Positions 49,306 through 61,548 of a DNA stretch of 64,000 bases are shown here, one piece after another. Where the stretch lies: positions 122,266,001 through 122,330,000 of the forward strand of contig CM059431.1 of the NCBI GenBank assembly GCA_030390025.1. Reading direction: 5' to 3'. A program made the translations under genes and the position numbers. The notes under the pieces are model-generated. The model saw only the letters and a program-made list of their open reading frames with translations, searched no databases and had not been told where the DNA came from. This stretch comes from Squalus acanthias (lineage: Eukaryota). Position 1 is the first letter of the stretch. The number at the start of each line of letters is the position of its first letter.

Positions 49306-50713
49306 TTACCTCAACATAACAGAGGAGCAGTGTGTGAGGAGGCTGTGCTTTAGCAGGCAGGCAGTCACTGTCCTATGTCACCTGTTGCAGTAGGAATTGG
49401 AGCCAAACACCAGGGCACACATGGCACAGGCTGTGGCTAGTGGTTCTCAAATTCTATGCAACAGGCTTATTCGAGGCTGCAACAGGTGACATCAGCAACA
49501 TTAGTCAGTTTGTTGTTCATACGGCCGTTAAGCAGGTGATAGATGCCATCTTTGCAAGGAAACAGCATTGCATCACCTTCCCTATGCAACCTTCTGGTCA
49601 GGTGGAGTGAGTTCTCGGATTTGCCCGCATTGCTGAATTTCCCCAGCTGCAAGGTGCAATTGTCTGCACATATGTTGCCATGCATTCTCCCCATCACAAA
49701 CCAGCCATGTGTTGTAACAGGAAGGATCGCCACGCCTTGAATGTTCAGTTGGTTTGTGACCACAGGGAGCGAATAATACAGGTCTGTGCCAGGTACCGTA
49801 GCAGTAGTGATGACGCCTTCATATTGGGCCAGTGTTCAATCCCCCCTGTCTTCGATCCAGACCAGCAGGTGTCAGGCTGTATCCTTGGAGACAGGGGGTA
49901 TCCCATCTGTACCTGGCTCGTAACCACTTTTCACGATTCTCGGCACAGACGCAGAGAACCAATATAATGAGAGCCACACTCAAACCAGAGCTCTCACTGA
50001 GCATATCATAGGCAGCCTCAATCAAAGGTTCCAGTGCCTGGACTGCTCCAGAAGAGCCTGACAATATAGCCTCGACCAAGTCTCCAGATGTATCGTGGCT
50101 TGGTTCATCTTACACAACTATGGTATTTGGAGAGGCCATGCCTTGCAGCTGCCAGAGGAGGAAGCAGTGCAGGAGCAAGATTGAGAAGGGGATGAGGAAG
50201 AAGAGGATGATGAGGAAGACCAAGGCCGAGCAGTGCTGTAAGGCAACAAATTATTGAGAAGAGATTTTCCTAAGCAAACCTTCCCCCAGCACACCAGCAG
50301 TTCCACCATTTGACCCACTCCTTCCACCAACCTTCTGAACGTTCTCCAACACTACTACCTCATTGGTCTTCCTCCAATGAATATGAAGATCAATAGCAAA
50401 GCGAAGCAAATAAAAACTGTTTACTTCACATCATGCACATTGTTTGTTTCACAACCTTTTCCTCCTCTCCATATTGAAATTGGCCCTCGGTACTTGTTGA
50501 CCTATTCTAGTGCCTATACCAAGTACTTTCCTGTCGCAGGAGCCTGGGAGGTAGAAAGGTGTTGATCAGCCACTGAGGGCACTTGAAATGGCCATGGTGG
50601 GCGACATCAAGCAGCTCTGGGCCTAGAAGGCCCTAGCTACAGATTACTGAGTCGAGGCGTCTGATGGAGCAGTTTGGGCAAGCTTGTTGTGAGGGACAAA
50701 TAAAGGCACTGGG

Positions 50714-51622
50714 TCAGAGTTTGGCAGGGGAGTAGTCATGCTGAGAAAGGACAGTATGAGCCTCTCCCATGGAACCAACACCACTGTCATGGGGCTGCCT
50801 CTCTACACTTCCTCTGCTTTGCTTGAGAACAGAGTCAAAGAGTGTAGTGATACACTGGAAACCCCTATCCATATTCTCCACACTTCTATCCATGCTCTCC
50901 TTCATGGATTGAAAGGCTGAGGAGATGCTAGATCCCAGAGTCATGATGACAGCAGTCTGATATCCCAGCAAAACTGTTACAAGAGGCTCCATCATCGTGG
51001 GACCCACTGCAGTGTTGATAGAGCTGACCACCTGCTCCATGGTTGACTGCATGGTCTCAATGCCTTGCTGGATGACCCCACACAATCTGGAGCTGGACTC
51101 CCCCATGCTCTGTGCCATTGTGTGCAAGCTGATCAGTGCACTTAAGAGGTCCAGGTGTTTAGGGATTAGTCTTTGAATGTAGACTGCTCCTTTGTGATTG
51201 TCATCTCTGTCATCTACAGCAGAGCTAATATGCAAGCTCTCCCTCTGGCTAGCTGCTTCCTGGATCATCCCATCCCTCTGCCAATACTTATGTGCATTTG
51301 TGATCAACGAGTCTCCCAATGCAGATGCCTCTAGCCTATCCCCACAATCTCCATGATGGACCTGAATGGATGGTCTGCCTCCTCCTATCCTTGTCTTCCC
51401 TACTATTATTTGCCAACTTTTTCTTTCAAGAAAGAAGGGAGAATGTTTGTGTTGAGCAGCTTGGCAGAATAACTTCCTGCTACTTGGTGGGAAGAGGAGG
51501 TCCCTCCTCCTACCAACCTCCTCCATGATGACCTCCATTCCAATGTTGGCAAAGCGAGGGGTCCTTGAAGTACTAACTTCTCCCGCAATGTCTTTAGCTG
51601 CCATCAGATTGCCTGTAGCCAT
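50714..51622 (-). pseudogene. Harbinger Myb/SANT-like gene remnant (302-aa open frame)
   Basis: RTPRFANIGMEVIMEEVGRRRDLLFP, RIGGG and an S/M/Q-rich helical C-terminus as in 18671-21018. Confidence 0.75.
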
Positions 51623-52880
51623 TCAACCCCTCCAGCCTGTTCTGCCATTAAATTAGATCATGGCTAATCTTAATCTTAACTCCATCTACCAAAGTGCACC
51701 TCCTCTTTAAGAAGTGCAGGCTGCCTTTAAATAACAGCAGAAATGCCAGAAATTGAAGGCCCTGATTATGCGGGCTGCCAATCAACAGTGGGACTAATGG
51801 TAGCAGCCTACCTATTTAATTATCATGAGGGCCAATTAAACCATCTTGTTGTACCCATATGATTAAGCGCACACTGCTGGCATCAAGCCGATTTTCAGGC
51901 CGTAAGTGGGCCTATATGACTGTCAACTCATAGCAACAGTAGGATTAGATAAGTGTCATCTGCAAGACAATCTAACTTTAAAAGGATTCTTATCTAAGGG
52001 GTAAAAGAGGTCTTAAATCAAATCAGGATAGACAAGGTGCCAATTGCTTCTGGTATAACATCTCTTGGCAATCAAAAACAAACGCTTAAATCATAGAAAG
52101 ATGAAAAAGATAGTTAAAGATTCAAGTTTGTTTTCATCTCAATATAACAACTCTTGTAGATGATCTGACATGTCAGCCTCCATCAACAATATGGAGATGA
52201 CACAACGGCTGAATTACTTCTTGAAAGTAACACCTCTTGGGAAGTGGATGTTTTTGAAGGAACTGCAAGCCATCAAAAAATATTACTAACGAAACAGACA
52301 CTGAATTGAAACAAACCACGAATAAACTAAGGGGGAAGGTTTGCTCTTTTTTTTTCACCACATAAAGGATTAATTGTTCTTGTTTTATAGAACATAAGAA
52401 CATAATGAACCTAAATCAAGGTGAAAGGATACAGGAACGTGAGGAGCTGTAGAAAGAAGTTGGTAGCAGCGAGCAGGAAAGAGGTTTATGGTGACGAATG
52501 GTGGTAAAGCGGGAGGTTTGGTTGAGTGGCAGGAAGCAGTAAAAAATTTAAAGGAGCAACCAAAATGCCATGTGTTGCAAGGCGTCTAGTTGCAGCAAGC
52601 AAGAAACAGGAAGGTAGTAAAATTTAAAATAATTAGTTATGATTTATGATGATTGAATAAATCAAATTGATTTTTTTACAGTGCGCTAGTAATATCTTTA
52701 AGCTCGGGTTCAATGATAATATCCATATTTGCATAGAAACTACAAAGGGTTGGCATGATTATGATTAAATCTTTGTTTAACTCTACGTTTTATCTCTCAC
52801 ATTTTTAAAATCTGGGATACAGAACAATATAGTAGGAAAAATGTTGCCGGTAGGTATGAGATAGGCTGTAGAAACTATAT

Positions 52881-53840
52881 GGCCGCGATTTCGCCAGCGG
52901 AGGCGGGATCACAGCGGGAGAGGTGGTTGGTGGGTTCAGGTCCCGTTCCCAGCTGCAGCCGTTCCGTAAAAACGATTTTCCGCTAATAGGGCTTGTTAAG
53001 CCCGCCCTACGGGGTTCCCGGCCAATTAACAGGAAGCGGGTCTGATGACATAATTTGATGACGTGTCATCAGCTGGTTTCCTTAAAGGGACCATGGCTGC
53101 ATTCATTTTGACAGTTCTACTGTCAGTGTTCTACAGCATTGAGGTGCTGCAAACACTGACAAGCACTGCACAAAGGTGCATGGCTGCACCCAGGTTCTCG
53201 CATGACTCCCTCCATATGCTTATCGAGGGAGTCACAGCACACAGGGAGGTTCTCTTCCCTTCCAAGGGTGGAATAGACCTCCCCAGGACAGCAACACAGC
53301 CTGGTTGCACATTGCACAGGAAGGAAAAAGCAGGGAAGTCGTCGGGAGGACCAGGCTGCATTGGCGCAAACCTTTCAATGATCTCAGTAGATCATAAAAC
53401 GTTACTGCAAAGCCACACTCAACCTCATCCTGCTATGTCACTCATCACATCCCCATCACTCTGCCTTCCCTACCCTACTCCTGCACATCCTTACTCACAC
53501 CAACTTACCTTGCACTTCCACCCATCCCTCTCTATCTACATTATCACTTCCCCATCTCACTAGCCACCCCTCACACTCACCCTCATCCAAGTCCAATCAT
53601 ACCAACTAACGACACGCAAGGGTAGGCACTTGGGTATTTTATGCAATGTTCATGTAAATTTTCTGTTAATGTGTTGTCAAACATTGAAATCTTTATTCTC
53701 AAAACATTGCCTTATTGTACAGATCTGTGGTCAGCAGCTGCAGCTGACTGGTTCTGACCAAACTTGAACTGAGCACTGGTGAACAAGGTGTTCCTTAATG
53801 GCATTATAAATGATTCCTTCCCTCACTTTTCCATCACAAT
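52881..53840 (+). mobile_element. Harbinger derivative, Myb-gene end
   Basis: AAPRFSHDSLHMLIEGVTAHREVLFPS; colinear with 4200-5092 reversed. Confidence 0.85.
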
Positions 53841-53850
53841 TGAGTAATTG

Positions 53851-55325
53851 TGTGTCAGCTGTGACTCAGTGTGCAGTATGCAGACGACGCTTGCGTCTGC
53901 GCTCACTTGGAGGTCGAACTCCAAACCATCGTCAACACCTTCACCGAAGCGTACGAGAGCATGGGCCTTACACTAAACATCCGTAAGACAAAGGTCCTCT
54001 ACCAACCTGCCCCATCACACAGTACTGCCCCCCGATTATCAAAATCCACGACAAGGCCTTGGACAACGTGGACCACTTTCCATACCTCGGGAACCTACTG
54101 TCAACAAGGGCAGATGTCGACGACGAAGTCCAACACCGCCTTCAGTGTGCCAGTGCAGCCTTCGGTCACCTGAGGAAGAGAGTGTTTGAAGACCAGGACC
54201 TCAAACCCGGCACTAAGCTCATGGTCTACAGAGCAGCAGTGATACCCGCCCTGCTGTATGCCTCAGAGACATGGACCATGTACAGCAGACACCTCAAAGC
54301 ACTGGAGAGGTACCACCAATGCTGCCTCCGCAAGATCCTGCAAATCCATTGGCAGGATAGGTGCACCAACGTCAGTGTTCTTGCTCAGGCCAACATCCCC
54401 AGCATCGAAGCTTTGACCACGCTCGATCAGCTCCGATGGACGGGTCACATTGTCCGCATGCCTGATACGAGACACCCAAAACAAGCGCTCTACTCGGAGC
54501 TCCGGCACGGCAAGAGAGCCCCAGGTGGGCAGAAGAAACGCTTCAAAGACACCCTCAAAGCCTCCTTGAAAAGGTGTAACATCCCCACCGACACCTGGGA
54601 ATCCCTGGCCCAATACCGCACAAAGTGGAGGTGAAGCATCCGGGAAGGCGCCAAACACCTCGAGTCTCTTCGCCGGGAGCAAGCGGAAGCCAAGCGCAGG
54701 CAGCGCAAGGAGCGCACGTCAACCCAAGCACCCCACCCACCTGCCCCTTCAACCACCGTCTGCCCCACCTGTGACAGAGACTGTAGGTCCCGCATTGGAC
54801 TCATCAGTCACCTGCGAACTCATTTTTAATGTGAAAGCAAGTCATCCCCGGTTCCGAGGGACTGTCTAAGAAGAAGAAGAAGAAGTGGGTAGCACTCGCC
54901 TCTAAGTCAGAAGGTTGTGGGTTCACAGTCCCATTCCAGACACTTGAGCACAAAACTAGGCTGACACTCCAGTGCAGTACTGAGGGAGCTCTGCACTGTC
55001 AGAGGTGTCATCTTTCAGATGAGACATTAAAACCGAGGCCCTGTTTGCTCTCTCAGGTGGACATAAAAGATCCCATGGCACTATTTCGAAGAAGGGCAGG
55101 GGAGTTGTCCCTGGTGTCCTGGTCAATATTTATCCCTCAATCAATATCACTAAAACAGGTTATCACATTGCTGTTTGTGGGAGCTTGCTGTGCGCAAATT
55201 GGCTGCCACGTTTCCTACATTACAACAGTGACTACACTCTAAAAATACTTCATTGGCTGTAAAGTGCTTTGGATGTCCAGTGGTTGTGAGAGGCGCTATA
55301 TAAATGCAAATCTTTCTTTTTTTTT
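53851..55325 (+). mobile_element. SacSINE1-type SINE split in its A box by an RTE
   Basis: gtgtcagctgtgactcagtg|..|agtgggtagcactcgcc; rest intact through the tail. Confidence 0.85.
53872..54883 (+). mobile_element. RTE-clade LINE 3' fragment
   Basis: QYADD, GLTLNIRKTKVL, VDHFPYLG, PALLYASETWT, QLRWTGHIVRMPDTR.PKQ.LYSEL, C-terminal CPTC..H.RTH finger and (AAG)n tail. Confidence 0.92.
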
Positions 55326-55761
55326 AACTTTACTGATGATTGGAGGAAGGATGATAGAGTGGTAATTCACCAGGTTAAAATAAGACTGCTTTCTCGGAAT
55401 GGAACATACCTGAGCAATTGTCGTTATTGTCAGATAGATGCCAGTGTCATTGCTGTGCTGCAACATCTTGTTATGAAATCTACTCCACTGCTGCGACTTC
55501 CTCCACCACGACCAGTCTTTGAGCTCTAACCTTGAGAGCCCTTGCAATCGCCAAAGCCAGGAATGTGTGTGCGGGTCTCAGGACTCAAATCCCTCAGGTT
55601 CAAATCAGTCACAGTAGTGTGGTATCCAATCCATGTGTGGGAATGGCAGGTATCATTAGGAAATGTGCGAGGGTCAGTGTCCAGAAAGAATTTTTTGAAT
55701 GATTTGATTGATCTGCTTTGGTGACCCCTCTCCAGTTATTTATTTGTACAATAAATTAATC

Positions 55762-55885
55762 TGGGCGAGGTAATTTTAACTCTTATCGCCGGGTGAAAAG
55801 CTGGTGTTTGTGACCAGATTTTCTTTTCCAATGCCAGTTCACTATCACCCATTTCTCGCCTGCCGATAAAAGTTAATATTGTCCC
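55762..55885. mobile_element. Short palindromic MITE
   Basis: AATTTTAACTCTTATCG..CGATAAAAGTTAATATT arms. Confidence 0.65.
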
Positions 55886-56209
55886 GAGAATGAATATATT
55901 TGCATAGCAGCAACTCAAATGGATGAAATTTGGTTGAGGAAGAAAAAAATGTGTTCAATTCAATGAGGTGAAGGGAAAATATTACACAGGTAATCAGAGC
56001 AGGTGATGTTAACCCCTTAAATTCTGGTAGCATGCAAAATATAAAGAGGCAAGGGAGATATTTTTTCATCTTGTCCAGTCTGTTGAATGCAGTACAACAC
56101 CATGCCCAATAATTCAACAGTTCACTGAGACAATGGTATCAGTTTTCCAGAAAAACCGAGGAGAGCATGATACAACTCGACCAAGAAATGAAGATAGCAT
56201 CCGACTTAC

Positions 56210-56284
56210 CCAAAAAAGAAAGTAGACGATGCCTGTCCAAAAGAATAGATGGTATCCAAGACCGTAAATATACCCACTGTCCAT
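56210..56284 (-). other. Candidate first coding exon of an unidentified host gene
   Basis: ATG..TGG then GTAAGT donor, 75 nt, hydrophobic MDSGYIYGLGYHLFFWTGIVYFLFW, in non-repeat sequence; no downstream exon recognised. Confidence 0.3.
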
Positions 56285-57639
56285 TCAAGGAACACAGCAT
56301 GAAATCTGTTACATTCCTCCAGGAAAAGATAATGGTCAGTAGGCAGTCACTGCTAGTGAGACTGATGTCTATTTTTTCAATTATTCATATGAGAGATCTC
56401 AAAAAGATCAGCACTGGGTGAATTGTGATTTATTTCAGATGATAGCCTGATCCTTGGTGCAATAAAAAAAATGATGATAAATCAATACAGGCAAGGATAT
56501 CTTGGTATCAAAATATCGCACTAGGTGCCTACCCAACTATCTTGTTGCACCCGTACCAAAATCTGAGTTAATATATATGATGAGGTCAGGAACATTCAAT
56601 GCTGACCCACTGTTCTGCTGGAGTAAAACATCCTTAAGCAGTAAGAATTCAAATGACTTTGCTAACAGATGAATAGGATCTAATGAATAATGTATAGAAT
56701 AAATTCAGTGAGCCCTTGCTCCCAGAGTTGAGTCTCACTTGAAGGGAGTGTGAGTCAGAGACAAAGCTATAACATTCTAGCTCCAATCCCCCGACTCGTA
56801 CTCATTCCATCGGAGGCTCCCAAGTGAGAACACAGTATTGCTGAATCTACCTTTAATATATATTTTGAAATAAAACTGGCCCATCAGGTTTTTTTTTAAA
56901 TGGCCTCAGATAACTTCATCAATAATAAAAGCTTTGGATATTGACAATGTAACAATGAAGAATTGACTATTACAAAACAATAATACAACAAATATGCTGA
57001 ATTTGAAAAAAATTGAATTATACATAGTGGCCTTACAAGAGTTAATATTTATGTAAGACATCTAGAACCAACCAGAAGATTTTATATAAATATGCATACT
57101 GAAGAGGTTGTTACTTGCAAAGCTTTGATTGATGATACTATTAGTGATGCAACATCCAGGAAAGGGGGTTCATACTTTATGAATTTAATGGACATTTGTA
57201 ATGGACTTAATTGACTACAAAAAAATGATTTTATATATATACATAGTTGAAATACTGACAGATCACTAAATATCTACCTAATATGAGAACAGTCTATAAT
57301 ATGGTTCAAGATATTTTAGAAGTGCTTACGGAACAACATCCAAAGCTATTACTTTTGAATAAGTAGTTGAATTGCTAATTTAAGATCGATACCAAGAAGT
57401 AAATAATGGAATCAGGAATTTAATTAGAGGATGGATTCCCAATTATTAGGTCCCACAAGCCATAATGCACAAAATATTGAGGAGATGTTACAGAAACATT
57501 TAGCTCAGTGGCACTATGTGTAATTTAATTTAAAAAAAACTTACTGGCAAGAGAGGAATAAGTTTTTCTGACATTCCTTAACCTGAGCAAAGACTTCAGG
57601 AAATTGCCATGTGCGAATTAAGCATATGAATTATATTCA

Positions 57640-58010
57640 TCAACCTGCAGCACCCCATTGGCTTCCGCTGGCTTAAACAGTCACTCCCTCCACCATTGGC
57701 GTCCTGTGGCAGTAGTGTGTACTATCTGCAGGATGCACTGCTGCAACTCGCCAAGGCTTCTTCAACAGCACCTCCCAAACCGGCGATCTCCACCATCTAG
57801 AAGGACAAGGGCAGCAGATGCATGGGAAGACCATTATCTCCAAGTTCCCCTCCAAGTAACATACCATACTGAATTGGACGTATATCGCTGTTCATTCTTT
57901 GTCGCAAGGTCAAAATCCTGGAACTCCCTATCTAATGGGCTGCAGCAACCCCACCACCTTCTCAAGGGCAACGCCGGCCAGCATTCCCACATCCCGAGAA
58001 TGAATAAAAA
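57640..58010 (+). mobile_element. LINE 3' end, same family as 170-550
   Basis: LNSHSLHHWR..VCTICRMHCCNSPRLLQQHLPN. Confidence 0.75.
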
Positions 58011-58384
58011 TGCCAGTAAGTTCAATGAAACTCCAGTCTCCCTAGGCCAATTAGTTTTACTCATGAGCTGTTATGCTGAAAAATAATGAGATTGCCTCTG
58101 TGCATTATATGCAGTCAAATTCAAAATGTATTCTTTATAACCATGCTTATGACTCCACTATACAGAGTGCACAGAGCAAATCTTCCACCATACTATTCTC
58201 TCTTTAACAATTATATTATATACGGTTTTCAAGTGGAAAAGTGTTCTGAAGGTATCTTGCTCAAGAAGTTCAGAAGAAACTGTCTGAAATTCGGAAGAAA
58301 TCATTTTTCATTGTGATGTGTAAATTAAATATCAATACTTTTATTTATAGTACCATAACTGCACACAGTTGTTACAGTACTAAC

Positions 58385-58730
58385 AAGAACTTGCAGTTCG
58401 ATAGCACTTTGATTGGAAAACATCTTAAAAGCACTTCACAGATCGGCGACGCTGAACGAAGAAGGGAGAGATTAGGAGGGATGACCAAAAGCTAGGAAGA
58501 AGGGATGGATTTTGAGAAGGTTTTTAAAGGAGGTGAGGGAAATGGAGAGACAGAAAGGTTTAGGGAGGCAAATCCAGAGATAAGGACCCAGGCGGCTGAA
58601 TGCTCTGCCAATAATGATGGGACCGGAATGGGGGTGGGTGGGTGGGGGTGGTTAGTGGTGGATGGGGGGTTGGTGGATGTGTAGAGTGAGGCCAATGGAT
58701 GAATTTAAAAATGAGGAGCAGGATTTGAAA
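58385..58730 (-). mobile_element. Old L2 3' fragment
   Basis: Similar to 27800-28190. Confidence 0.65.
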
Positions 58731-61548
58731 TATAAAGTAAGATCATTCTGCCAAACTATTTCTCTACATTGAAAATGAATGGACACAAAAAGTCAGCATT
58801 GTTTTAATAATCCTAGCAGACCCAGGGTGAGATTAAATGCTATGAATATATCAAGTGATGGAAAATACAGTACTCAATTTGTGTTTGATCATGTGAATAT
58901 ATCATTTTATTACCAGCTTCTATCAAGTCATCCTACCAATTTCATGCTATATGCTTTATTACCAAATGTGTTATTCCAAACATCACACAGAGCATAGTGA
59001 GCCTGATAACAAAGTCAGCATTTCTGGAGGCATGTGTATGGCAGATATCTAATCATTGATAGTTCTGAGCTTGGGTTAAACAATTTGTGAAAAGCTGCAG
59101 TAAGAAATTTGTTTTTGTATGCACATTTAATTCAATGAAAGCCTTTCAATTATGGATTGACATTGAACAAATATATCTATACCTGGAAAGTATATGGGGG
59201 TTATCCGCAGGAGACCAGCGGAATCCCTGGAGAAATGTTGTAAATGCCTGAAGATGGCTGTTTACCCTCTTTCTCTGGGGTTTTAGCTGGAGCAGATAAA
59301 AATTTCTGGCCTTCGTCTCAAACCAGTTTGAGAATTTCTGCTATTGTACTGAGCTGAACATGCGATTACCGAAGGGTTTCAAAGAGCCAATAGTGCATAT
59401 ATTTTTCTGAACGCTGCCACTTTGTGAGCGGATGAACATCAAACAAAAGGTGGGAGGAACAAGGCACTGGACCTGTAGTCCTTATTATGCTTTAACTTTC
59501 TAGTCATTCATCTGAGTCAGACCCACTTTACCTGTGTTATCCTCCAGCAGAGGGATAGGTGGGATGGATGTTCACTGAAGCGAACAAGTGGGGTAATTCC
59601 ATGATTCCCCGCTCCCAGCGGTAAACCATGCCCATGCGAGTTGGCCAATCGGGATTACAGTTTAGGCCCTGAAGTTGAGTGGGATTAGTTTTGTGTGAAA
59701 TTTGATTTGATTTTAATCAGTCCAATAGGAGGATCTGTATCCAAAACGATTCCTTGCCCCTCCTTACCTTCAATGCCACCCTCTCTTATGCAACCTTGTT
59801 TATATTACAGGGCCTTCAAAGATGGGGCTGCCATCAATGGCAGCTGTTATGTTTTGGGATTTTCCACAATTGAAGGATTCAGTTATGATTCATGTTGAAA
59901 TTTTACATTTAACGTAATGAAGCCACAAAGGTTTAAAATCCAGCTTTCAGCCTGAGGTGAAAGAGGAGGATTACAGTGCCCAGTCCATGTAGCAGCAGAA
60001 TCTCCTTGTTACACTTCTGGGGGCACACCATTGTATGTCTAGATATTGGATAGCAAAAATGAACTTTTGATCGTTAGGAATGTGACTCTACGTCTGGGAG
60101 AGAACAGGTGAGCATGCGAAGATAACCTCTTGTCTTACCTTTTGAGGGGGAAAACAAGAGATACTACATGGGATACTGGGGGAAGAGCAAGCTGTTCATT
60201 GGGCATGTCTGCTTTGGCTACTTGGCAGATGGCCTGGCAGGAACAGCCCAGGCTGAACCGGGAGGCAACACCCAGCTACATCTCATGACAAAGGCAGGGG
60301 TGCATGGTGGTATGGCCATAGCGCCAGTCTTTGAAGGTGTGGAGTCAGACTTCATAGGGACATGTTTAATTTTAGAAATTTACCTGTGCAGGTATATTTA
60401 ACATGCAAGAATGCCTATTATTTGTGCTACTTGCCTTCTGATTTAATTGGACAGTTTTTAAAAAACACTTCTTTGTCCATTGTATTCTGTTCTCCACTAT
60501 ATCCATCTTTCATTTCCATATACAGTTTGGATATTTGCTGGCATGGCCACGGGTGGCCCTGTGCCCACCCAATTAGCACCCAGGCCCACCCGAATCTGCT
60601 CTTGCCCATGTTACTGATACATTCTGAAGTATCTAGTTGCATCTCCCAGATAACTTAAAGGAAGGTCCTTGTCTCCGCCAACCACCACCCGCACCGGGAT
60701 TCTAACTGCCACCATGAAAGAGGAAATCTTGTGCGGCGAAGTGCTTGTGTCTGACAACTGCAAAGTGGCGTGGAATTGATAGATTTAATTAACCATGTCG
60801 GAGATAATTGCTCTCCATATAGATATTAATTTGCTATGATTGACCAACTTCATATTAAACAGGTCAGGGGTCACTTCATTTAATTGCACGATTGTTCATA
60901 ACACGTGTTAATACGAGAAGGAGAAAAAGAAAAATGTCAAATATTTCTGATGGATGCAAATTATTACAATGCATTGTACAAAAATAGAAGGGTGTATATC
61001 AAATACCTGTTGTGCAATTTACTTGTAAATCAAATTTCCAGTGCTGGCATTGTCTTAATGAAAATGTAGCTATAAAATTTGTATTAACCAGCAGGTACAA
61101 GACATATACTTGGAGTTTATTCTCAAGCCACAGGATACAGTACAGTTTCTGAAGAGAATACTTTACAATTAAATAAAAATTACATCTTATAAAATTATGA
61201 GGAATTTAGCTACTAATAAAGCAACATCGGGATATTTGAATCCGAATAAAATCTGTTAAAATTTTGCACAAGTAGAAATAATTACCCTTTTTTATGGAAC
61301 TGGTATATAATATTACTTCTGAAATTAAATGGTGACATTATTTTGTTTCTTCCTTTTGCCCTTCAAAATATTTTGTCCGACTAGAATTATTTTTTTCAAA
61401 TACTGACAAGATATTCAAGAGACCTATTTGGATTCCAGTCTCCTCGAACATAATTAATTTCAAAGATGTCCCTTGACGGAGGGGAGCAAAGTGCAGGAAA
61501 TAAATTGCTGACTAGAATAAAGTGCCAGTGTGAAAAGTTGTTGGTGTT

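Larger units (their letters stand above)
48890..50270 (+). pseudogene. Harbinger DDE transposase, disrupted
   Basis: PolyQ N-terminus; SYLNITEEQCVRRLCFSRQAV; LQGAIVCTYVA; NRKDRHALNVQLVCDH..QVCARYRSSSDDAFIL..ILGDRGYPICTWLVT. Confidence 0.9.
48388..51902. mobile_element. Second near-complete Harbinger transposon (decayed)
   Basis: GGGGGTAGAAATTG start, CGATTTTCAGGCC end, convergent gene pair. Confidence 0.85.
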
